Source of the DNA: a virus | Lineage: Duplodnaviria > Caudoviricetes | DNA length: 58,403 bases | Virus record (IMG/VR): IMGVR_UViG_3300023283_000094 | Span: 1 to 58,403 of that record | Reading direction: 5' to 3' (one strand) | Part shown: piece after piece, positions 47,748-55,882 of the stretch | How positions within the stretch are numbered: position 1 is the stretch's first letter | Layout of the letters: each line of letters opens with the position of its first letter | Program-made: the position numbers and the translations under genes | Notes under the pieces: model-generated | What the model was told of the DNA's origin: nothing | What the model saw: the letters and a program-made list of their open reading frames with translations, nothing else | Databases searched by the model: none

Positions 47748-48140
47748 ATGCCGCTTACACCGAGACGCACGAACTTCAGTGCATTGCGACTGATCAGGCG
47801 TATGGGTAAGCTGGGTACGTTGCGCGTGTTCGAGGACACAGGTCAACTGGACGAACACGGTGACCCCGTCCTGAACGAGGTCGAGAGTCAGGTGCTGATG
47901 TCGCAGAGTTTCGGTACGGATACGCGGCAGCCGCAACCGATCGACCTGCCGGTAGGCGAGAGCCGTAACATGGCGTTCAATTTCTTTCTCGCGTCTACGG
48001 ATGCGCCACCGGTGGATGATATACCACCGACCGGTAAGGTGCCCGAGATAGACTTCGAGAACGCCACGTATAAGGTGTTGGAGGCAGAGGACATGTTGAT
48101 CGGTGTCACGAGGTTGCTATGTGAATCGATGAGGACGTGA
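47748..48140 (+). CDS. head closure protein
   Basis: D..GDP, I.F....YKV; position. Confidence 0.55.
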   Translation: MPLTPRRTNFSALRLIRRMGKLGTLRVFEDTGQLDEHGDPVLNEVESQVLMSQSFGTDTRQPQPIDLPVGESRNMAFNFFLASTDAPPVDDIPPTGKVPEIDFENATYKVLEAEDMLIGVTRLLCESMRT

Positions 48141-48141
48141 G

Positions 48142-48621
48142 ATGCCACTGAAAGACCCGAAGGTAGCGATCAGGGACCTGCTGGTAGCTAATTGGGACAC
48201 AGCCAACACGATATTGGATAGTGTGCCATCAATACATACGGGCTGGTTCAACGGTCAGCGGCTCAACACACCACAGGTGACAGTAACCGACCCCAACGAA
48301 AACATACTGGACGGCGGTAACACGGGGTTCAGTGCGATCGGGGGCGGCAGTACCGGCGGTAGGGTCAAATTTATCATCGGTAATTTAACGGTAGGTACGT
48401 GGGCACACCAGAGGATGATAGACGGCGTCAATGCCAAAGCGTTGTCCTTCGACCTATCGGAAGAGGTCCGACGTATCATAAACGTACACATACATGATGC
48501 CGAGGACATGGAGTGGGTTTCGTGGGATGGTAGGTCAGAACGGATCAACCCGACCGAAGATCCCGTATTGTTTCGCTACGATACGCTGGTGACGTATTTC
48601 CGTATCGATCGCGTGACGTAA
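48142..48621 (+). CDS. tail terminator
   Basis: Size and position before tail tube. Confidence 0.55.
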   Translation: MPLKDPKVAIRDLLVANWDTANTILDSVPSIHTGWFNGQRLNTPQVTVTDPNENILDGGNTGFSAIGGGSTGGRVKFIIGNLTVGTWAHQRMIDGVNAKALSFDLSEEVRRIINVHIHDAEDMEWVSWDGRSERINPTEDPVLFRYDTLVTYFRIDRVT

Positions 48622-48722
48622 ATAGCGCTGTACAGGGCAAAACGATATACGCCCGTTCATATCTTATCGTCAGAACGGCATAAGACAGTTAATAACCACA
48701 CAACACACACAGGGAGCCTAAA

Positions 48723-48938
48723 GTGCGTATCAAGTGTCTGGGGTCCGGTACGTCTGCAATAACGGTGCGGCGGGTCGACGGACAGGAACTAGACGAGCCC
48801 ATACACGTGGATTTCGGTAATAGCGGTACCGCACGCGTGAAGAAGGAAGAGGGCCGTGTTCTGGTCGACCTGTACGACAGTATAGTGGAGGTATCTACTG
48901 GTGATGACGGATCAGACGACCAGGAAGACCCCTCATAA
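48723..48938 (+). CDS. small hypothetical protein
   Basis: AGGGAG RBS, GTG start. Confidence 0.55.
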   Translation: MRIKCLGSGTSAITVRRVDGQELDEPIHVDFGNSGTARVKKEEGRVLVDLYDSIVEVSTGDDGSDDQEDPS

Positions 48939-48962
48939 CGTTAACTACACGAGGAACACACA

Positions 48963-50171
48963 ATGAGTGGAAGCGTAGAGTCGGGATTCAAGCCGCATAG
49001 ACTGGAGTTCGTGCGCGAGTCGGAGTTCGGTGTCACGCCGGACAACCCGTCGTGGCTGAAATATTCACCGAGTATCCAGTCGATCACGCCCACACCGACC
49101 GCCAATATCGCGGAACGTCGTAATATAGGTGACGCGGACGTGGTCGACTTTTTCGCTGGCGCCGAAGACCACGAACTCGAACTGGAGTACGATCTCCATA
49201 AGTGGTTCGTTGACGGGGGTGGCAACGCACTGGACGCGTCTGGTGACGGGTTGCTGCGTGACGCCAATAACGAACTGCCGGCCTCACATACCGTGGTGAT
49301 GCGCGGTACACTGGGCGGTACGGGCGCCGATAACGGCGGTTCGAGATTATACGTCGTCGCGCGCGGTGCCAAGGTCAATTCTGTCGACCTGAACGGTGAC
49401 CCGGGTTCCGGCGAGCCCGTGACGGTCACACTGAATTATCTCGCCACCAAGAAGCGACAGTTCAGGGTCGACCAGCCGGGTTCGGCCACCACGCTCGATA
49501 TCGCTTCCACGGACGCTGGCGATACGTCGCAGTCACTGACCATCGAGTCGGACGATGCCGGCACCACGGAAGTGGTATCGCTTAATGGTACGACAGTAGT
49601 CACAACGACCGCGTCGTTCGATTCGATCGATGCTGTGTTACTGGACGCGCAGACGCAGGGCGACGTTACCGTCAGTGTGACTGGTGGACCCGAGTTGGCA
49701 CGTATACGCGGCCTGTCGTCCTACCAGGACCGTGAGGGCGACCTGGGTATACCGCTACTCGGTAGCGGCGACCGTAGCGACACGGTGCCCAGCGCGCCCG
49801 AGATATTCCTGGGCGATACGATCACGCGCGGTTCCGGCTTCCTTGAGAACGCCGATATCAACTCTGCCAGCGCATCGGTCCAGAACAACATCGAGGCGAC
49901 ACCGGTCGTCAATAGCATCGGCCAGCAGCTCAACGAGGCGGCACGTGACGTTACGTTCACTGCGACTGTGTTTGGGCCCAAGGCATCGTTTGATAGCGTC
50001 ATAGAGCACCTGACGGTGGCCAAGACGGATATCGTTTGGACCATGACGGGCGGGTCGCTCACGTTCCCCAACGCCGTGCTGACGGGTCTCGGATCGCTCA
50101 CACGCGAAAGTGAGCAGGCCGTCATGACAATCGACAATACATTCACGTCGCAGGGCATCACGGTAGCATAA
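48963..50171 (+). CDS. major tail (tube) protein
   Basis: EFVRESEFGVTPDNP N-terminus; upstream of chaperone and tape measure. Confidence 0.75.
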   Translation: MSGSVESGFKPHRLEFVRESEFGVTPDNPSWLKYSPSIQSITPTPTANIAERRNIGDADVVDFFAGAEDHELELEYDLHKWFVDGGGNALDASGDGLLRDANNELPASHTVVMRGTLGGTGADNGGSRLYVVARGAKVNSVDLNGDPGSGEPVTVTLNYLATKKRQFRVDQPGSATTLDIASTDAGDTSQSLTIESDDAGTTEVVSLNGTTVVTTTASFDSIDAVLLDAQTQGDVTVSVTGGPELARIRGLSSYQDREGDLGIPLLGSGDRSDTVPSAPEIFLGDTITRGSGFLENADINSASASVQNNIEATPVVNSIGQQLNEAARDVTFTATVFGPKASFDSVIEHLTVAKTDIVWTMTGGSLTFPNAVLTGLGSLTRESEQAVMTIDNTFTSQGITVA

Positions 50172-50186
50172 ACCGGAGGTTAGCTG

Positions 50187-50567
50187 ATGACAGATACATA
50201 CAGGCTCAAGCGCGACAGTGACGGCAACCTGGTACCCATCGAATCGGTCACCCCGACGCTCAACACAACGATCAAGTGTCTACCGATCACGTGGGGCCAG
50301 TCGAAACTGTGGGACTCGTTTGGCGAGCCCGTCACACAGTGGACCGACGAAGACAAGGTATCACTGATCAACGAGAACCTGGTCGACCCCGAACTGAACG
50401 GTGGCGACGATCTGACGGTTGAACTACTGGAATCGAACTACGAGGCGTTCTTTATCGAGGACCTCGTACACGGTATCCTCATGGCGAGCGGGCTCAGCAG
50501 GATACTGCGGTCCAAGGGAAAAGACGGGGTGAATATCATGGAGGAACTGGAGACTATAGAGACTTAG
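50187..50567 (+). CDS. tail assembly chaperone G
   Basis: Position; slippery GGGAAAA at 50516-50522. Confidence 0.75.
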   Translation: MTDTYRLKRDSDGNLVPIESVTPTLNTTIKCLPITWGQSKLWDSFGEPVTQWTDEDKVSLINENLVDPELNGGDDLTVELLESNYEAFFIEDLVHGILMASGLSRILRSKGKDGVNIMEELETIET

Positions 50568-50788
50568 ACACCGACCAACTGTTCAAGGTATGGGAGGTCA
50601 GGCTGCATAGGTTGGGCTATAAATATACCGGCCGCGATAGCCTGTACGGGCTGACGTGGTACGAGATAATGGACCTGGTCGACGGTAGCGAGATAGAGAA
50701 CGAGATGCGTGACAGTGAGGGCTCACACGTACGTGCAAGTGACTGGGAGAAACTGAACGCACTGGACGATCGGTTGAGTGTACACTAA
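50516..50788 (+). CDS. tail assembly chaperone GT extension via -1 frameshift
   Basis: -1 frame open from G GGA AAA to TAA 50788 (...LHRLGYKYTGRDSLYGLTWYEIMDL...). Confidence 0.78.
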   Translation, partial: GKRRGEYHGGTGDYRDLDTDQLFKVWEVRLHRLGYKYTGRDSLYGLTWYEIMDLVDGSEIENEMRDSEGSHVRASDWEKLNALDDRLSVH

Positions 50789-50797
50789 GGGTAACCA

Positions 50798-53554
50798 ATG
50801 GTAAACGAGCGCGGCGGTATAGCTACGATATTCGAGGCCAGTGAGCGGCCGTTCACGGGGCCCGTACAGCGTATCGTGCAGTCACTGGGTTCGTTCAAGG
50901 GCGCGCTTGCCGTCACCGGTCTCGCGCTTGCAGCGTTCGCCACCAAGGGTATCGGGTCGGCCATATCAGCCGCTGCCAGGTTCGAGACGCAGACCGCTGA
51001 ACTCGGTAAGTTGCTGGGCCAGGACATAGCGGGCCCGATAGCAGAATCCGTCGCCAACCTCGGTAACCAACTGCCGGTCGCGCGTGACCAATTGTTCGAG
51101 GTAACCGAGATCGCCGCGCGGTTGGGTATACGGGGTCGCCAGAACCTGCTGAACTTTACCGAAACTGCCGCCATGCTGGGCGTCGCCACTGATCTGGCGG
51201 CCAGTGAGGCGGCCGACGCGTTTGCGCGTATATTGAAGCAGACGCGTACACCGATCGAGGCGTTCGATAACCTGGGCAGCGTGTTTAATGAGCTGGCCAA
51301 TATAGCCGCCACGTCGACCTCGGAGATTGTGGACAGCGTCAGGCGTGCGGCACCCGAACTGGCACGGCTCGGTATACCCGTGCAGGACATAGCGGCCATA
51401 TCGGCGACACTCAACGAGGTATCGGAAAGCGCCACGCGTGCCGGTACGCGGTTGCGACGGTTCGCGCAGGAACTGTCGAACCCGCAGAACATAGAGACGT
51501 TCGCGCGTGCGCTGGGTCTCACACGCGGTGAGTTCATAAGGTTGCGCGAGCAGGACCCGACATCCGTGATCGTCGAACTGGCGCGTGTGATGCGCGAGGG
51601 CGGGTTCGCCGCTACTGATCTCGCGGCCAACCTCGACTCGCGCGTGCGGCAGGCGCTGGCGGCGCTGGGCCAGAACTTCGAGGGCCTCAACAGGCTGCTG
51701 GGCGAGGCGCGCAGAGAATTCGTCGAGAACAACTCGCTACAGGAAGAGTTTGCCGTGTTCGCGGGCACGTCGGCCTCGCGGTCGCAGGTACTCACCAACC
51801 GTATCGAAGACCTGCGGTCGGAAGTGGGCGAGTCTTTCCTGCCGGTATGGAAGGACGTGCTGAGTGTCACTGCCGATGTGGTTGGCGCTTTTGGTGAGTT
51901 CGCTGAGTTGCCGCTGGAGGATATACTACCTGCAGGCGAACTGGAGCGCACACGTGACGCACTACAGGACATACTCGTACTCGGGCGGGAATTCGCTGAA
52001 CTGCGAGGTATACCGGGCGCACTGGGCGGAATACAGGACCTCGCTATCGTGCCCATACTGGAACGCGTGTTTGGTGGCGACCCGCGAACGCTTGAGGCTG
52101 CGGCCGTAGACCAACTCCGGTTCATCCAGCAGATACGCGAGGGCATAGCTGAGGAAGGTCGCACGACCGCCGTTAACTTCATCGGACAGTTTGTGCGGAC
52201 ACTGGGCGCGCGTGGGGATCGGCTGCCCGAGTCTGAGTTGCAGGCTGCTATATCCCGTATCGCTGGTCCCATCAGCGTGCTGTTTGAGAGGATAGGCGAG
52301 GCCGCCGACGACGCAGGACAGCGTGTCGACAGGTCGGCACTGGGCGACGCACTGGACGACCTGTTGGGTCGGTTGCGTCGCGGTGAGATAGACGCCAGTG
52401 AACTCGTGATGGAACTGGGCGACCTGGCGCAGAACGCCGATCGGTTCGTCACGACACTCAACCAGCAGCAAGAGCCCGACGTGAACGAGGAAGGGTTCAG
52501 GCTGCTGAATGAGCTGCGCGAAGACACGATAGCGCTGCTGGAGCGGGAGATACAGCTCACCAACGAACAGCGCGTAAGGCAATCGGAGGCGTTCCGGGAC
52601 GCCGACGTATCACTACGCGCACGCCTGTTACAGCGTGCGCAACTGCTCGACAGGCTGGAGAAGTTTATCGAGGTGCGCGAGCGTGCCCGCGAGAAACTGG
52701 AGGCGCAGGAGGAACTGCTGGCACGTATCGAGGGCCGACAGGAAAAGCGCGAGGCGAACCTGCGCGGTATCATCGAGGGTAACGAACAGGCTGAACAGAG
52801 CCTGCTGCGGCAGCAGTTGATACAGGCTGATATCGACCCCGAGATTATCGACCGCATCATAGCACGTGAGCGCGAGTTGGAGGTATTGCAAGACCAGGCG
52901 GACGAGGTCAAAGAACAGGAACGCGCAACACGCAGGCTACAGCGTCGCATCGACCGGCTCACGTTCGCTAACGTCGAGGCTCGTTTGGACCTGCTGGTGG
53001 ACACGGTCGACGAACTGTCGGACGCGTTCATTGACTTCATCGTGGACTCCATCAGTGGCGCGCAGAGTTTGGGCGACGCGCTGATCGACGTGATCCAGCG
53101 CGTGGTACGCGAGATCATCGAGCAGCAGTTGCAGGGCCTACTGCTGAGCCTGTTTGGTGGGTTGTTTGGATTCATCGGCGGCGGTGGCGGTGGTGGCGGT
53201 GCCAACCTGCAACCCGTCGGCAGGAGCAGTGCTGCGGGTGGGTTCGCACTGAGTGGTGGTGGTGGTGGCGGCGGCGGGTTCGGCCTGAGCGCACGCGAGT
53301 TGGGACAGTTCGGTGTCAGCACGTCGCAGTTGGGGCGTGCCGATATCGGTGGTGCCATGCGGGCTGCGCGTGCACCCGCACAGGCGGGCCCGCAGGTACA
53401 GGTGCAGCAGGACATCGTGTTCAGTGTCGAAGCCATCGACCAGGACAGTGTCAAGCGGTTCTTTAATGAGAACGGTCGCGAAATAGTTAATATCGTCGCT
53501 ACGGCAACGGAACGGTCCACAAGGGTCCGCAACAGGCTAATCAGGGGTAGGTAA
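50798..53554 (+). CDS. tape measure protein
   Basis: 918 aa, helical Ala-rich, TP901-like core (AGTRLRR), follows chaperones. Confidence 0.9.
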   Translation: MVNERGGIATIFEASERPFTGPVQRIVQSLGSFKGALAVTGLALAAFATKGIGSAISAAARFETQTAELGKLLGQDIAGPIAESVANLGNQLPVARDQLFEVTEIAARLGIRGRQNLLNFTETAAMLGVATDLAASEAADAFARILKQTRTPIEAFDNLGSVFNELANIAATSTSEIVDSVRRAAPELARLGIPVQDIAAISATLNEVSESATRAGTRLRRFAQELSNPQNIETFARALGLTRGEFIRLREQDPTSVIVELARVMREGGFAATDLAANLDSRVRQALAALGQNFEGLNRLLGEARREFVENNSLQEEFAVFAGTSASRSQVLTNRIEDLRSEVGESFLPVWKDVLSVTADVVGAFGEFAELPLEDILPAGELERTRDALQDILVLGREFAELRGIPGALGGIQDLAIVPILERVFGGDPRTLEAAAVDQLRFIQQIREGIAEEGRTTAVNFIGQFVRTLGARGDRLPESELQAAISRIAGPISVLFERIGEAADDAGQRVDRSALGDALDDLLGRLRRGEIDASELVMELGDLAQNADRFVTTLNQQQEPDVNEEGFRLLNELREDTIALLEREIQLTNEQRVRQSEAFRDADVSLRARLLQRAQLLDRLEKFIEVRERAREKLEAQEELLARIEGRQEKREANLRGIIEGNEQAEQSLLRQQLIQADIDPEIIDRIIARERELEVLQDQADEVKEQERATRRLQRRIDRLTFANVEARLDLLVDTVDELSDAFIDFIVDSISGAQSLGDALIDVIQRVVREIIEQQLQGLLLSLFGGLFGFIGGGGGGGGANLQPVGRSSAAGGFALSGGGGGGGGFGLSARELGQFGVSTSQLGRADIGGAMRAARAPAQAGPQVQVQQDIVFSVEAIDQDSVKRFFNENGREIVNIVATATERSTRVRNRLIRGR

Positions 53555-54717
53555 TGTCGTCACTCGTATTCCCGCGCGGCTCCAAGACGAAACCGCAATC
53601 AGCATCACCGTTCGACGTGCCGCAGGCACTCAGGTCGGTGTCGCAGGCGGGTAACGTACAGACACGCGACACAACGAAGGTCGGTCGGTTCTGGTCCGAG
53701 GAATATCCACTGTTACGTGCGGGCGACCCCGAGGTCGAACGCCTCATGGCATTCATCAGGCGCGTACAGCGTTCCGGCCAGCCGTTCTGGATCGATCACC
53801 CGACCGTACCGGGCTCTGGTAGGCCGATCAACGGCACCGCCGACGAGAACCTGATCCGCGACGCCGCGATGGACACCGACACCGACGGGGACGGGGTGGT
53901 GGATGGGTTTCAGGATGCCACCGACGCTGTGGTGACGCTGTCCGTCGATCAATCGGCACAAAAGTTTGCGGTGACGGACGGAACTGGGATAACCACTGCA
54001 CAAGAAAAGCTACTCTTGCAGAGAGTTCTCCGAGTGTTCCCGGGAGATGAAGTTACCCATTCAGTCGAGGGGAAGATTTCAACAGGTGACGATGTTCGGG
54101 TAGCCACCCGGTTTGTCTTCAATAACGAGGATGGCAATTCCGTTCCCAATGGTATTACCAGCGGTGTGGCTATTACGAACGATACATTTACGCGAGCGGA
54201 GTTTACGGCAACAGCCCCCGATGGTGCGACGTTAGTACAGTTTAGGGCTGGCTGGAGAGCTACTGCTGATGGGGCGACAGGAAGCGTCTGGATCCGCAAC
54301 GCCCGCGTCCTCCGCGCCTCCTCCGACCCTGCCGTCTTCGCCAACCCCCACGTCAGCGGCGGGGGTCAGACGGGCGACACGCTCGCTACCGCAGGGTGGC
54401 CGGCGTCGACGACCGTGTTGAGGGCGGGTGATTTCTTTCGGGTCGGCGGCAGTGGCGCCACACAGGCGGATGCGGAGGCCGACGAAGTTACGATAGCGTT
54501 CGAGGCTACCGAGGACGTGACGTCCGACTCGAACGGTGACGCTACGATACCGGTCAACCCGCCAGTATTTTCGTCATTGATGGTACCGGACGGCGCGGCA
54601 TTACGATTCCAGAATATGCGATTCAATGGCATGTTATGGCAGCCGCCCGCACAGACCAACCTGCGCAGCGGGTTTTTCTATGACGGCGTTAATGCAATCT
54701 TCCGCGAGATACCATAA
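53554..54717 (+). CDS. distal tail protein with inserted carbohydrate-binding-like module
   Basis: After TMP; LRAGDFF..G, DVTSDSNG.ATIPVNPP; central insert ending ATAPDGA...VWI. Confidence 0.65.
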   Translation: MSSLVFPRGSKTKPQSASPFDVPQALRSVSQAGNVQTRDTTKVGRFWSEEYPLLRAGDPEVERLMAFIRRVQRSGQPFWIDHPTVPGSGRPINGTADENLIRDAAMDTDTDGDGVVDGFQDATDAVVTLSVDQSAQKFAVTDGTGITTAQEKLLLQRVLRVFPGDEVTHSVEGKISTGDDVRVATRFVFNNEDGNSVPNGITSGVAITNDTFTRAEFTATAPDGATLVQFRAGWRATADGATGSVWIRNARVLRASSDPAVFANPHVSGGGQTGDTLATAGWPASTTVLRAGDFFRVGGSGATQADAEADEVTIAFEATEDVTSDSNGDATIPVNPPVFSSLMVPDGAALRFQNMRFNGMLWQPPAQTNLRSGFFYDGVNAIFREIP

Positions 54718-55451
54718 TGACACGCGATATAACCACTAATCAGGTCGACCGGGCGGAGTCCGATGTCGGGCTGGCGATACACCTGTTCGAGTTCACGTTC
54801 TTCGACGACGCCACCAGCGCCGAGTCACAGGTACGGCTGACGACGGCCAGCAGTGATATAGATGTAACCATAGACGGCACACCAACGCTGTTTGAGGGTG
54901 TCGGCGGTGTACTGAACTTCGGTGGTATCGAAGAGAGTACCGACAGGTCGGCGCAGGGTTCGCAAATATCGCTATCTGGTGTCGACCAGACCATCGTAAG
55001 CCTGTTGACGGGCCGACAGTTCAGGAACCGCGACACGCGGATATGGCGTGCGTATCTGGACACCGAGACAGCGCAGATCGTGGACGACCCCATATTACTG
55101 TTCAGGGGCAAGCAGTCGGGCGCGTTCTCGATCAACGAGAATTGGGGCGGCGACGAGAACCAGCCGGGCACCGTAGAGGTATCGACATCGGTCGAGTCGC
55201 GGCTGGCGGAGTTACAGAACGCACAACCGATACGCACGAACGTGACGAGCCATAACGAGATGTTGGAGCGTGCTGGGTTGGCTACGGGCGATACCTTCTT
55301 CCAGAACGTGCCCAACCTGGCGGGCAGGCGTATATTCTGGGGCACGGAAGCGCCCGACAGTGCCACCGATCGGTCGCCTGCGGGCGGTGGATCATCTACC
55401 GGCGACCCGCGCGGACCCGGCAGGCCGGACCAACCGTTCGAGGGTAGGTAG
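54717..55451 (+). CDS. minor tail tip protein (gpL-like)
   Basis: F.GVG.....GIEE, ISLSGVD, LFRG, GDTFF. Confidence 0.65.
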   Translation: MTRDITTNQVDRAESDVGLAIHLFEFTFFDDATSAESQVRLTTASSDIDVTIDGTPTLFEGVGGVLNFGGIEESTDRSAQGSQISLSGVDQTIVSLLTGRQFRNRDTRIWRAYLDTETAQIVDDPILLFRGKQSGAFSINENWGGDENQPGTVEVSTSVESRLAELQNAQPIRTNVTSHNEMLERAGLATGDTFFQNVPNLAGRRIFWGTEAPDSATDRSPAGGGSSTGDPRGPGRPDQPFEGR

Positions 55452-55453
55452 TC

Positions 55454-55882
55454 ATGTCACCAGAACGTGAGATGAACTGGCTCAATAAGCTGGTCGCGTG
55501 GGAACGAGATATGCTTGGTCGACCGTTCGAGTGGGGCGCAACCGACTGCGGTAGTCTGGTACGCGATATGTGCAGCGTGATATATGGCGACGACGTTTTT
55601 GAGCGCGCGCCGTCATATACCACACGTATTGGCGCGTTACGCGCACTATCCAAGACCGGTGGTGTCGAACAGGCAGTACGAGACATAGGCGCCACAGAAG
55701 TATCGATCAACTTCATTCAGGACAGTGATATAGTTATCATGGACGACCCGGACCACAGGTACCACAACAGTTACATATACATCAACGGCTATCTGCTGGT
55801 CGCTGAAGAAGCGAGCGATATATATCGTGTCAAGTTACACGACTTGGACCTGGATGATCCAGTAGTGCTGAGGCTACCGTAA
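55454..55882 (+). CDS. NlpC/P60-like tail assembly protein
   Basis: PFEWGATDCG and downstream His. Confidence 0.7.
   Translation: MSPEREMNWLNKLVAWERDMLGRPFEWGATDCGSLVRDMCSVIYGDDVFERAPSYTTRIGALRALSKTGGVEQAVRDIGATEVSINFIQDSDIVIMDDPDHRYHNSYIYINGYLLVAEEASDIYRVKLHDLDLDDPVVLRLP

Noticed and set aside
53177-53278. GGT/GGC runs as a DNA repeat element
   Set aside because: Encode poly-Gly linkers in the tape-measure C-terminus
50785-53532. 915-aa minus-strand ORF and other long antisense ORFs (e.g. 39284-41182, 34327-35769)
   Set aside because: Shadow frames of GC-rich plus-strand genes, no motifs
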